A DNA stretch of 42,268 bases from an uncultured archaeon (GTDB lineage: Archaea > Aenigmatarchaeota > Aenigmatarchaeia > CG10238-14). The position numbers and the translations under genes are program-made. Positions 1-9,450 of this stretch are shown one piece after another (position 1 is the stretch's first letter; every line of letters begins with the position of its first letter). Location: positions 1-42,268 of the forward strand of contig CAYMPD010000008.1 in assembly GCA_964392445.1 (NCBI GenBank). Reading direction: 5' to 3'. A model generated the notes under the pieces. The model made no database searches. It was not told the DNA's origin and saw only the letters and a list, made by a program, of their open reading frames with translations.

Positions 1-8
1 GGTGTTGA

Positions 9-2090
9 TCAAGTTATAGAATTACTGATAAAAACATAAAAACGCAAAACTTTAGTATTTACTGTAATTTTTATCTGAATTCTGTTGAAAAAGTCTCTTT
101 TCCAGTCGTAGATTAGGTAGCCTATGAGGATTAGGAATGTGGTTCCTGAGATTAGGTAGCCTATGAGGTAGTATCGGAATCTGTGGTAGTAGATGGTGTT
201 TTCTTCAGATGCTTCGAAATGATTTATCGCTCCCAAGTAGAGTTCAGGTTTTTGATCTCCATATCTCCAACCGTCTGAGAATTTTTCTGTGAATACTAGA
301 TATTGCTTCGTGGGATTTTCTTGAAGTATGTATTTTATTGGTGATTTCTTTTCTACTTCCAAGGGTTCTAAATCAAATGTATAGTTGTTTAAAAATTGAT
401 TCCAATCGTCCTTTGTCAGGGTTTCATCTGTCCCGTAAACTGGAGATGTTTTATGAGTATTCTTGAAAACTAGAAGGTCTTCATTTTCTATCACTAATTC
501 TAAGTCTGTTTGGTTATGTAGGAATTGATATCTTTGCCAGTCAACTTCCTTTGCCAGGATTATGTATTTGATGTTGAGTGGTTTTACTAATTCTCCGAAG
601 TTGTCATATTTTTTGTTGTTGAAGAGAAGGAATTCTATGTATTTTGAAAGTGGGTTTAATGATTGGGAATAAATGTCGCCTGCTTCCATGTTGTCTCCTT
701 GGATTACTGGTTTAGTAAAAAATCTATCTGCGGGATTTGCTATTCTTTGCTTTGGATTAAATCTGAATGTCATATATTGATGCCATGGTAAGAATAGGAT
801 ATTGAAGTCATCTTTGTCCTTATTTAGATAATCGTCAGTCTCGTACCAAGTTTCTGGATAGTCAACTGATTCTAATTGTCCGTGAAATCCGAAAAACATA
901 GTATAAGAATAAATGAAAGGTGTTGCTAGGCTTATTGCTATGAATATTCCTATAAGGATTTTTGCTCTTAGTTTTTTTGAATTTTTAAATTGTTCAACAA
1001 AATCTCCTAATCCTACTCCGCCGAAAAATGCATATGCTAAACATAATAATGCCACGAATTTATGTGGTTCTCTGTATCCCTTAAAGAATGGGAAATAATC
1101 GAAAAGGAACTTAAAAATTTTCGAAAATAAGGGGTGAGTTATACCTGTTGCTAGGATTAATGCACCTACTGATATTATTGCTAGTGCTCTTGCATAAATT
1201 TTGTATTTGGGGTCTCTATTGAGGATTAAGAATCCATGAACTGAAAGGAAAAGTATTATTCCATACAGTACTGGCCAAGATGGTATATGGAATTTAGCGT
1301 AATCATATCCTTGTCTCCAGAAACCGTGCATAGATGCTAGGTTGAAGAGAGTGTTGAAGTTGAAGGAGGGTATAGAAGAAAATAACTTTAGATGCTCTGA
1401 ATTTATCCAAGAATCCATTTTTGTCAAGTAATTGGGATACACCATCATAGATATCCAAAAGATATTTAATAAGAGATAAATAGCTATTAAGTAGAGTAGT
1501 TTTTTGGTCATAAACCAGTTACGTCTTATAATAAAATTAAAGAGAAAAAATAGGAAAACTAAAAAAAGTAAAATTGGTACATAGTGAACGGAAACGCTAA
1601 TTAAAGTTAGTAATAAAGCTATTTTTATTATTTGTCGGATGTTCCCATTTTCAAAGAAAGTTATTAATAAACCCAATAGAATTGGTAAAAAAGAATATGC
1701 CAATAATAGGGGAAGATGGCCAGCAAGGACTCTAATATATAAAAAAGGATTTATCGTATATATCAATCCACTAAAGAATTTACCCATTTTATTTTTTGCT
1801 GGTGAAATTTTATAAGTAAAAAAAGAGCTTAGAAGAAAAACTAAAAAAATGAGCATTTTTTGTATTATCCAATTGGGGAGGAACTTTATAAGAAAAAATG
1901 TTAATTTAAAAATTAAAAGACTTGAAGGTGCTTTTTTAGAGTTTCTAAGATCTATGGGATAAATATTCTTATCAGTGAAAACCATATCTAAAGTCAGAAT
2001 ATATCCTCTAGAGAATAGGTTAAAAAGGACTGAAAATGATATTAAGAAATAAAGAAAATATAAGATGAATTCTACTTTTATTTTAAACAT
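9..2090 (-). CDS. Multi-pass membrane GT-C-like glycosyltransferase (AftD/YfhO-like)
   Basis: 693 aa with about 10-12 hydrophobic segments, a soluble loop region and a C-terminal TM helix. Motifs 'GHLPLLLAYS' and 'YREPHKF'. Lies in a glycosylation cluster. Confidence 0.6.
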   Translation of the reverse strand: MFKIKVEFILYFLYFLISFSVLFNLFSRGYILTLDMVFTDKNIYPIDLRNSKKAPSSLLIFKLTFFLIKFLPNWIIQKMLIFLVFLLSSFFTYKISPAKNKMGKFFSGLIYTINPFLYIRVLAGHLPLLLAYSFLPILLGLLITFFENGNIRQIIKIALLLTLISVSVHYVPILLFLVFLFFLFNFIIRRNWFMTKKLLYLIAIYLLLNIFWISMMVYPNYLTKMDSWINSEHLKLFSSIPSFNFNTLFNLASMHGFWRQGYDYAKFHIPSWPVLYGIILFLSVHGFLILNRDPKYKIYARALAIISVGALILATGITHPLFSKIFKFLFDYFPFFKGYREPHKFVALLCLAYAFFGGVGLGDFVEQFKNSKKLRAKILIGIFIAISLATPFIYSYTMFFGFHGQLESVDYPETWYETDDYLNKDKDDFNILFLPWHQYMTFRFNPKQRIANPADRFFTKPVIQGDNMEAGDIYSQSLNPLSKYIEFLLFNNKKYDNFGELVKPLNIKYIILAKEVDWQRYQFLHNQTDLELVIENEDLLVFKNTHKTSPVYGTDETLTKDDWNQFLNNYTFDLEPLEVEKKSPIKYILQENPTKQYLVFTEKFSDGWRYGDQKPELYLGAINHFEASEENTIYYHRFRYYLIGYLISGTTFLILIGYLIYDWKRDFFNRIQIKITVNTKVLRFYVFISNSIT
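110..168 (+). repeat. 20-bp exact direct repeat AGATTAGGTAGCCTATGAGG (110-129 and 149-168)
   Basis: Seen directly; encodes LIGYLI twice in the C-terminal TM region of the 9..2090 ORF. Confidence 0.9.
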
Positions 2091-4320
2091 TTTTAATCCT
2101 CTTCAAAAGTATCTTTTTATTTAAAATTAAATAAAATAAAACAATTAACGAAATAATTAAACAAAAATAAAATAAATTTTGAGGAAAATAGTACAATGTG
2201 AACTCATTGGAAATACCCTTCCTATAATTTATTTTCGGCTTTATAAGCCATGCATTAGAATAACCATTTACTAAATAATGACCCTCATCCTTTAAAGGTT
2301 TCTTAAATAAAGTTTCCCACCATTTCAATCTACCATCGTAAATTTTCCAAGAATCACTGTAAGATTCAGAAAATATTAGAAATGAAAAATTCTCCAGATT
2401 ATCCATATTAATATGATAGAAAGTTGGGTTAATTCTATCTATTGAAGAGAGATTTGTAGTATTTTCAACTGATAAATGCAGTACTTTTTTCGCTTTCGAT
2501 ATGTTAGACGAAAGATATAATTTGGGTAAATAGCATTCATCACCAACTCTATAAACAGTTAAATTTTCAAATTTTTCTATTGGTTCTATATAAGATTTTT
2601 TATTAAGGACGTTTTCATATTCTATTGGGGATTTTGGATTCCCTTTACCAAAATATGTATGATCTATATCCTTCCTCAAAATAATATGTCTCACATTTAA
2701 AGCTTTTAAATAATCACAGTCATTCAAAGCTTCATCTGATAGACTTTCATATAATAAATTTATCATATCTATAGATTCTTTTGATTTGATATAATTTCCA
2801 TAGGTAAATTTAGAAAAGATTAAAGGTCTCATTATCAAAAATTTAGCGATTTCTTGTCCCCTATAATCATTTGGATTCCAGTTATAATGAACCTGATAAA
2901 AAATATTTTCGGGTAGAAGTAAAACTCTCCCCTCCTCAAATTTATTAATAAATTGCGATAATTCCAACCAATATCTTGGGATCTTGATCTGATTCCCAGG
3001 GAGATTACCTTCTCTACTTAAAGGTATTATATCTCCCGTAAATATTGGAAAAGATATTACCATTATTACTAAGAAAATTAAAATAAAAATTATGGTTTTA
3101 AAATCTCTTCCAAATCTGAATTTGATTTTATCACAATAAATGTTAAAAGAAATCCCAAGTAAAATAGATACAACAATGGAAACTAAAGGCATGGCGAGCA
3201 AATAAAGTTCCCTGAAAAAAGAAAGTGGGAATATATTCCTAATAAAAACAAAAAAAAATCCAAAAGGTGGATTACTGCCCTTGGATATAAAGTATGAAAA
3301 TACAAGGGTTATAGAAAGAAATATTACAATCTCTTTTTTTATAATATCCTTATTTAATAAAGAACTAATTGAAACTACCAAAATTAAAAATTGTAGGTAA
3401 ATTAAAATTTCTGATTCATATTCATCACTATAAGGGTAGTAGGGGGACCCATTTGAATTCTCTCCCCAGCCCCATCTCCCCAAAAAACGGAATAAATTAG
3501 TAAGTCCCGAATTTTTATCCAAAAACGTTAGAGTACTAGATTCTTGTATATTCAAAAAATTATTAGAATATAATATTAAAATGAGAAAATTACTTATCCA
3601 AAATAAATTAATTAAAAAAACTAGGAGAAATAAAATAATGGATTTTTTAATAATTTTGAAACGTTTATTTTCCCTAAGAAATAAGATAAATATCAGATAT
3701 AGAAAGATTGGGAACCACATAGATATATAAGTAGGTGGATTTTTAGCAACAAAAACCCCAAGCAAGGAAAATAAAATTAAATAAAAAACATATTTATTTT
3801 TATTGGTAAGGCAAATTTTAATAAAAAGGTAAAGATATAAAGGTCTTAATCCATAGGCTATTATGTGGGGATTTAGAATACCCGACTGTGTATAGAAAGA
3901 GAAAATTAATGGATTGAACATATAAAATATAGAAGTTAACAATCTAGTAACTTCATTTTCAAAAAAAATATTCGACAAAAAATACATAGATAATCCAGAT
4001 AATAAAAAAATTAAATATATCCAAATTTTTTGTATATTAGAGATCCCCAATCCGAATATCTCAAATATTCGCCAAAATAAAATATAAGGCAATTCGTTAA
4101 ATATATTTCCCATGGGTGTTCCTAAATAAAATTGTTCATTCCATACCGTAAACCTTATTTTAATTAAATCTTTTGCTCTTAGCGGAATTCTCATATCCCC
4201 TGTTAGAACTAATAGCTTTTCCTTAGACCAACCTAGAGACACTAAAGATATCAAAAATAGGATAAGAACAGTAAAAATAGGTTTTTTAACTAAATTCCTA
4301 ATTTTTTGATAATTTTTCAT
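2083..4320 (-). CDS. Multi-pass membrane GT-C-like glycosyltransferase (AftD-like), paralogue of 9..2090
   Basis: 745 aa with the same architecture ('NLFRFLGRWGW', 'FFRELY', 'GRVLLLP', 'VNGYSNAW'). Its stop overlaps the start of the next gene. Confidence 0.6.
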   Translation of the reverse strand: MKNYQKIRNLVKKPIFTVLILFLISLVSLGWSKEKLLVLTGDMRIPLRAKDLIKIRFTVWNEQFYLGTPMGNIFNELPYILFWRIFEIFGLGISNIQKIWIYLIFLLSGLSMYFLSNIFFENEVTRLLTSIFYMFNPLIFSFYTQSGILNPHIIAYGLRPLYLYLFIKICLTNKNKYVFYLILFSLLGVFVAKNPPTYISMWFPIFLYLIFILFLRENKRFKIIKKSIILFLLVFLINLFWISNFLILILYSNNFLNIQESSTLTFLDKNSGLTNLFRFLGRWGWGENSNGSPYYPYSDEYESEILIYLQFLILVVSISSLLNKDIIKKEIVIFLSITLVFSYFISKGSNPPFGFFFVFIRNIFPLSFFRELYLLAMPLVSIVVSILLGISFNIYCDKIKFRFGRDFKTIIFILIFLVIMVISFPIFTGDIIPLSREGNLPGNQIKIPRYWLELSQFINKFEEGRVLLLPENIFYQVHYNWNPNDYRGQEIAKFLIMRPLIFSKFTYGNYIKSKESIDMINLLYESLSDEALNDCDYLKALNVRHIILRKDIDHTYFGKGNPKSPIEYENVLNKKSYIEPIEKFENLTVYRVGDECYLPKLYLSSNISKAKKVLHLSVENTTNLSSIDRINPTFYHINMDNLENFSFLIFSESYSDSWKIYDGRLKWWETLFKKPLKDEGHYLVNGYSNAWLIKPKINYRKGISNEFTLYYFPQNLFYFCLIISLIVLFYLILNKKILLKRIKNV

Positions 4321-4338
4321 AATTCACTCACCTTAGAA

Positions 4339-5919
4339 TTACCATAATAAATCTCTAAGAGGCTTCCCATCAATATTTTCGGGAATATTAAATCCAAAAT
4401 ATTCTAAAATGGTCGGAATAATATCAACAATTCTTACTGATTTTATTCTGAAATTTTCCTTTACACCATCTCCATAGGCGAAAAAAATTCCATTGTCAAT
4501 TTTATGGGTTCCTGACCATCCCTTAACTTCTAAAGTAACTAATTTATTACTTCCAAATTCAAAGCCTCTTGAGGTCATATGCTTACATGAGCTATCAAAA
4601 AAAAGGATGTCAGGAGCCATTTTAATGTAATTCCCTTTATAAATTTCATTCTTTTTATAAATTCTATCAAACATCTTTTCACCAGTAAGAGGATTAGTTA
4701 GTTTTTCTAAGCTCCTTTTTATTTGACCCACCAACTTATCATATTCGGTTCCTGATTCAATAATCCCCATTGGTTCTCTTCCTTTCAAATTAACAAAAAT
4801 CTGACCAAAAGTTCCAGTTCCATAAGCTTTAGTTCTTTTCCAATCAATATCTCCCATCGATAAAAAAAGTTCTCTCTTCCCCCAAATTATTAGTCTACTT
4901 AATAAATTTCCACCTTCATCAGAAAAACTTGCCCTAGTAAGCTCTGAAATTAAATTAAATTTTGAAGCCAACTTATAAATATTAGCCAAATTAAATCCAA
5001 TTTGGTGGAAAAACCTCTTTATATATGTTTTGGGCAACTTTTTAAATTTCAAAAGACCCTCGTCATGAAGCCAATTATTAATAAATACAGAATATTCAAA
5101 AGGACCAAATCCGTGATCAGACATTATAATTAAAATATCATTAGGCCGCATTCTTTGAATAATATTTTTTATGAAACTATCGCATTCTTGATAAATTTCT
5201 AATATATATTTTCCATATTTCTTAGCTTTTTTCTTATCATACCTGACATGGTCTCTATCAATATACCTCCAAAAAGCATGAGAAAAAGCATCTATACTAC
5301 CAAAAACCACCATAAAAAAATCGAAATCATAATTATCTAATAAATAATTCGAAATTTTCTTAGTATTTGTAAAAACATCCATTTGACATTTTATAAAATT
5401 CTCTTCATTTCCTTCTGAATAAAAATCATAAGGTTGCAATTTAAATTTTCCTAAATTATTATAAAGCTCAGTCAAGAGAGAATTGGGATAAACAAAATCT
5501 TCATATTCCTCTGGCGTAGGAAATCCAGATATAACAATACCATTTTTTAGTTTATGAGGTGGATATGTCATTGGAACGTTTATCAATGCTGTTTTTTTAT
5601 TTTTTTCAGATAATAACTTATCTATTGTATTCAAATTAGATAGCCCAAAAAAAATTGGAGTTTTCTCATAAGTATTTTTTTTTCTAGTAGTAAAATCAAA
5701 AATCCCGTGTTTACCTGGATTTTTTCCCGTCAAAAATGATGTCCAAGCGGCTGGAGTCACCGGTAAAATCGTGGATTCTAATGGACCATAAGATCCCTTT
5801 TCAATTATTTTCTTAAAAGTAATTAATTTCCCCTCAGAGACATACTTTTGAATCAAATCAAAATTTCCGCCATCAAGCCCAACTACAAAAACCCTTTTTC
5901 TTGTAATTTCCATCACCAA
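4339..5919 (-). CDS. AlkP superfamily phosphodiesterase/nucleotide pyrophosphatase-type protein
   Basis: 'VVGLDG', 'PVTPAAWTSFLTGKNPGKHGIFDF', 'IMSDHGF' and 'SGTH' motifs. Confidence 0.85.
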   Translation of the reverse strand: MVMEITRKRVFVVGLDGGNFDLIQKYVSEGKLITFKKIIEKGSYGPLESTILPVTPAAWTSFLTGKNPGKHGIFDFTTRKKNTYEKTPIFFGLSNLNTIDKLLSEKNKKTALINVPMTYPPHKLKNGIVISGFPTPEEYEDFVYPNSLLTELYNNLGKFKLQPYDFYSEGNEENFIKCQMDVFTNTKKISNYLLDNYDFDFFMVVFGSIDAFSHAFWRYIDRDHVRYDKKKAKKYGKYILEIYQECDSFIKNIIQRMRPNDILIIMSDHGFGPFEYSVFINNWLHDEGLLKFKKLPKTYIKRFFHQIGFNLANIYKLASKFNLISELTRASFSDEGGNLLSRLIIWGKRELFLSMGDIDWKRTKAYGTGTFGQIFVNLKGREPMGIIESGTEYDKLVGQIKRSLEKLTNPLTGEKMFDRIYKKNEIYKGNYIKMAPDILFFDSSCKHMTSRGFEFGSNKLVTLEVKGWSGTHKIDNGIFFAYGDGVKENFRIKSVRIVDIIPTILEYFGFNIPENIDGKPLRDLLW

Positions 5920-5964
5920 AGACTTTTATATCAATTCAAAGGTTTCAGATATATTAGTAAGATA

Positions 5965-5992
5965 CCCATTTAACAAATTTATTTACATTACA
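5965..5992 (+). repeat. Copy 1 of a 28-bp imperfect direct repeat (25/28 identical to 7495-7522); overlaps the probable promoter of the 6008 gene
   Basis: CCCATTTAACAAATTTATTTACATTACA versus CCCATTAAACAAATTTATTTGCTTTACA. Confidence 0.6.
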
Positions 5993-6007
5993 TAAAAATA
6001 AAAAACA

Positions 6008-6938
6008 ATGGTCAAAATACTAGTCACTGGAGGAGCTGGATTCATTGGATACTGACTCTGCGAATCTTTATTAAATCAGAATCATCAAGTCATCTGTCTA
6101 GACAACTTCTCAACGGGTTCTAGAAAAAATATAGAACATCTTGAAGGTGAAAATTTTAAAGTAATTAAACATGATGTCAAAGATCCGGTCGATTTGGAAG
6201 TAAGTTATATATTCCATTTAGCAAGCAGACCTAGTCCCATTGACTATCAAGAAAACCCTATGGAAACGGCGCTCACAGATGTACTCGGAACTAAGAACAT
6301 GTTAGAATTAGCAGGTAGAAATAAAGCTAGATTTCTACTAACATCCACGTCAGAAGTTTATGGTGACCCTGAAGTTCATCCTCAGACTGAAGACTATTGG
6401 GGAAATGTTAATCCTATAGGTCCAAGAGCCTGTTATGATGAATCTAAAAGGTTGTCAGAAACTATAACCATGATACAACAAAGAAAAAATAAACTAGATA
6501 CAAGAATTGCTAGAATATTCAACACTTATGGCCCAAGGATGAGAAAAGATGATGGTAGAGTCATTCCTAATTTTGTTAATCAATGCCTCATGAAGAAACC
6601 AATCACAGTTTATGGAATTGGAAAGCAAACAAGATCCTTTTGTTATGTATCAGATATGATAAAGGGAATAGAAAAATTCATGTTTACTCCTAATCTTTCA
6701 GGAGAAATAGTGAACATTGGTAATCCAGATGAAAGAACTATAATTGAACTTTCAAAATCAATAAAAAATCTAGCAAAATCAAAATCAGAAATAACTCACC
6801 AGTCACTTCCCAAAGACGACCCAACCAAAAGAAGACCAGATATATCAAAAGCAAAAAAAGATATTAGAATGGGAAGTGGAAATAAAACTTCAAGATGGTT
6901 TACAAAAAACAATTGAATGGTTCAAACAACAAGTCTAA
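6008..6938 (+). pseudogene. UDP-glucuronate decarboxylase-like NAD-dependent epimerase/dehydratase pseudogene
   Basis: ATG 6008 reads MVKILVTGGAGFIGY*LCE, with an in-frame TGA at 6053-6055. The core is intact ('TSTSEVYG', 'YDESKR', 'RIFNTYGPRM'). A frameshift in the A-run at about 6851-6860 restores ILEWEVEIKLQDGLQKTIEWFKQQV* ending at 6938. Confidence 0.9.
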
Positions 6939-7360
6939 ATTTCGATATCCTTACAAATTCTACTCTTCACAAAATCCACAGATAATCTATACAAAAAAGA
7001 ATAAGCAGGTAAGTACAACTCATAACTCAAGAAATCCAGAATCAAATGAGAAATAAAACCAAGACTAATCGCAACAGAAAATAAATAATAACCACTAAAA
7101 TAACCAAAAATCCACAGTGGAATCAACAACTCTATTGAATGTAAAACAACTGGAATTTTATTGAAGTTCACATAAAATCCTTCTAGTATCTCCCTATCAA
7201 TCACTATCTTTCCCTTATATAACCAAAAATCGAATAAATGGTCTAAATCTAGTAAAGAGCCACTCGCAAGGACAATTAGAGATCCCATTAAAGATTTAGT
7301 AAACCAAAGAAAGATCAAAGCTAGGAAAAATGATATTAGGAAATGATATTGTGGTATCAT
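6935..7360 (-). CDS. Small membrane protein, putative metal-dependent hydrolase
   Basis: 141 aa, hydrophobic. 'QYH', 'DLDH', 'LHS.E' and 'SHLILD' form a His/Asp pattern typical of inner-membrane metal hydrolases. Confidence 0.6.
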   Translation of the reverse strand: MIPQYHFLISFFLALIFLWFTKSLMGSLIVLASGSLLDLDHLFDFWLYKGKIVIDREILEGFYVNFNKIPVVLHSIELLIPLWIFGYFSGYYLFSVAISLGFISHLILDFLSYELYLPAYSFLYRLSVDFVKSRICKDIEI

Positions 7361-7363
7361 ATC

Positions 7364-7450
7364 TTATCACTTAAAATCCCTTAAATGTCCAACAACACCC
7401 TTGAAAGCGTCCCAATAAAACCTAACATCACCCCAACTTCTGGTCGACAA
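7364..7450 (-). pseudogene. Orphan 3' end of a radical SAM gene (LSTRSWGDVRFYWDAFKGVVGHLRDFK**)
   Basis: 7373-7450 matches 9460-9537 at 70/78 nt. It has no in-frame upstream homology and abuts the start of the 6935..7360 gene. Confidence 0.9.
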
Positions 7451-7494
7451 CTGAACCAATGGTAAATACCCCAAATTATCCCCGAATATCTATT

Positions 7495-7522
7495 CCCATT
7501 AAACAAATTTATTTGCTTTACA
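7495..7522 (+). repeat. Copy 2 of the 28-bp imperfect direct repeat
   Basis: 25/28 match to 5965-5992. Confidence 0.6.
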
Positions 7523-7587
7523 CAGCATTACAAACACTTATGTCTGATATCATTTTTTTCCCTAGATTCTCAGTATCTAATGTGAAC

Positions 7588-7620
7588 TTGGCATAAAGTT
7601 GGCATAAAGTTGGCATAACT
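7588..7620 (+). repeat. 11-bp tandem repeat x3 (TTGGCATAAAG, TTGGCATAAAG, TTGGCATAACT)
   Basis: Seen directly. Confidence 0.95.
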
Positions 7621-7695
7621 ACAAAAGTTCGTAAAAAGTACCTTTTTTCTTATATGGAAACTGAAACCTTTGCAAGAAACATTTTATCATTCTCT

Positions 7696-7717
7696 TATTT
7701 CGGGATTATTTCGGGAT
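7696..7717 (+). repeat. 11-bp tandem repeat x2 (TTATTTCGGGA)
   Basis: Seen directly; overlaps the stop codon of the 7706..9388 ORF. Confidence 0.9.
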
Positions 7718-9388
7718 TCGTAAAACATAGTGAGCGTCCTTGGTTTTTCCTTTCTTTGCCAAAATACCCTTTTTTACTAAATCTGTTAAATCATTCAAAG
7801 CAGTTCTATCGGTTATCTCAGGAGATAATTCTCTATATTTCCGATTGGTTATTTTTTCATGTTTTTTCAGATATTTCAAAGCCTTTTTTTGTCTTTCGTT
7901 TAAATCCAGTCGTTGTAAATGTTTCTTCGTGAAAAACCCTCTCTTTTCTTGATTATTTGGCAATCGTTTCATAGTTCGTTCCATTTTCGTTCCATTCGTT
8001 CCATTTCCATCATACTTTGGTTTGGTTAATGTGTAATATGTTGCTTTGCCAGAACCTTGCTCTATTATTATTTGTTTAGATATCATGTCTTTTATATCTC
8101 TATGTGTTGTTGTTTTACTAATGTCAAAAATCTCACGATATTCCAAAGCTGTAATTTTACCATTTATTTTTAGGTGTTCTATCGCCTTGCGTTGCCTTTC
8201 ATTTAGTTCAAGCTCATCCAAGTATTCAGGTGTATAAATATCCCTCCATATCGTCAAAACCAGCCCACCCTGTTTTTCCTCATAAGTAGGTTCTGGTAAA
8301 CCTTTAGCCATACATTTCTCAATAATATCGACGGTACCACCTCCAACATCTTCAACATATCCAGCCCGATAAAATTGTTTGAATAAAAGTGGATTCCTTG
8401 GCAGTGATATATGAGGTTTTTTCAAATCATCAATCGAAAGTCCCTTAGGTAATAGTCCCATATTCCAAAATTCAATTCTATCAGGAAATATTCTCACTTG
8501 TGTTTTACTCGGTGAACGATAATCACGATGAACAATTGCATTGACAATAGCTTCCCGGATAACTTTTTCAGGAATTTCTTCAGGGCGTTCAGTTGTAATA
8601 CCTTTTCCATATACCAGTGGGCGACGAGTGTTTTCCATTACAAATATCACTGCTTCATCAACTTGGTCAAATAATGTCCCTTCATAACCGAAATACAAAT
8701 CATATGGTTTAACAAATTTCAAAGTTAACATCTTAACACATTTAGTCTCAGACTGGAGGAAGAATTTCTGTGGATTTTTTCCGAAAAGTAGAACAGCAGC
8801 GTTTGTTAATTTCCCATCTCGGATCATATCAAGCCTTGTTAAAGCATTCATTATAGGAATATCAATAGGTATAGCTAGTCCACGTTCCCTTTTAGCAGTT
8901 CTTAAGAACCATCTCAACTTACTTTCATCAATGTCGTCAAGTATTGACTCTCTACATACTTGGTTATCAAATCGCAGTTTATCTCTATTTGCCTTAAAAA
9001 TTACCCTTTTGTATTCTTCTCTTGACATCCTATGGGTAGAATTCCCAATTCTTTTATAAGGTCTACCAAAAGCTAAAATAGGCTCATCTGAAACCTTCTT
9101 TGTTTTAACAATGACTACATTTTTACCTTTTACCTTTTCAACAGTAATTTCAGGATATAATTTTGGGTCAGTATTAAGTTTAATTCTGTTAGCAAGATTT
9201 TCAAGTGTCCCTTTTCCTATGTCAACTCCCATCAATTTCCCAGATTTAGATACACCAAAAACAACTTTACCACCTTCTTTCCAAGCAAAAGCAGCTAAAG
9301 TTTGAACACATTCTTTCCATTCTGAAAGTGATGTTTTTACTTCTAATCCATTTAATTCATTTTTCTGGATTAGTTTTTCTATATCCAT
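7706..9388 (-). CDS. Schlafen/AlbA_2 + HATPase_c_4 ('RecG C-terminal'-annotated) + two tandem wHTH domains
   Basis: N-terminal 'LEVK..LAAFA..EGGKVVFGV' and 'RIGNSTH'. Central 'VIREAIVNAIVHRDY', 'PRNPLL', 'VEDVGGGT'. Two 'LNERQ.KA...KIT..YRE' wHTH units. Confidence 0.85.
   Translation of the reverse strand: MDIEKLIQKNELNGLEVKTSLSEWKECVQTLAAFAWKEGGKVVFGVSKSGKLMGVDIGKGTLENLANRIKLNTDPKLYPEITVEKVKGKNVVIVKTKKVSDEPILAFGRPYKRIGNSTHRMSREEYKRVIFKANRDKLRFDNQVCRESILDDIDESKLRWFLRTAKRERGLAIPIDIPIMNALTRLDMIRDGKLTNAAVLLFGKNPQKFFLQSETKCVKMLTLKFVKPYDLYFGYEGTLFDQVDEAVIFVMENTRRPLVYGKGITTERPEEIPEKVIREAIVNAIVHRDYRSPSKTQVRIFPDRIEFWNMGLLPKGLSIDDLKKPHISLPRNPLLFKQFYRAGYVEDVGGGTVDIIEKCMAKGLPEPTYEEKQGGLVLTIWRDIYTPEYLDELELNERQRKAIEHLKINGKITALEYREIFDISKTTTHRDIKDMISKQIIIEQGSGKATYYTLTKPKYDGNGTNGTKMERTMKRLPNNQEKRGFFTKKHLQRLDLNERQKKALKYLKKHEKITNRKYRELSPEITDRTALNDLTDLVKKGILAKKGKTKDAHYVLRIPK
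7975..8005 (+). repeat. 11-bp tandem repeat x2 plus a 9-bp partial (TTCGTTCCATT)
   Basis: Seen directly; lies in the linker after the first wHTH (GTNGTKMER). Confidence 0.9.
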
Positions 9389-9450
9389 CCTAGCATCTCC
9401 TAATTAAATTATCATTCTCTAAGAAATAATTTAGTGTGATGCGTATTAAG

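Noticed and set aside
6053-6055. Possible stop-codon recoding (TGA here, TAA at 28501-28503)
   Set aside because: The two internal stops are different codons, TGA and TAA terminate many normal genes in the window, and the epimerase has a second frameshift lesion. Pseudogenisation is simpler.
7588-7620. Possible mini-CRISPR or MITE
   Set aside because: Contiguous 11-bp units without spacers or terminal inverted repeats.
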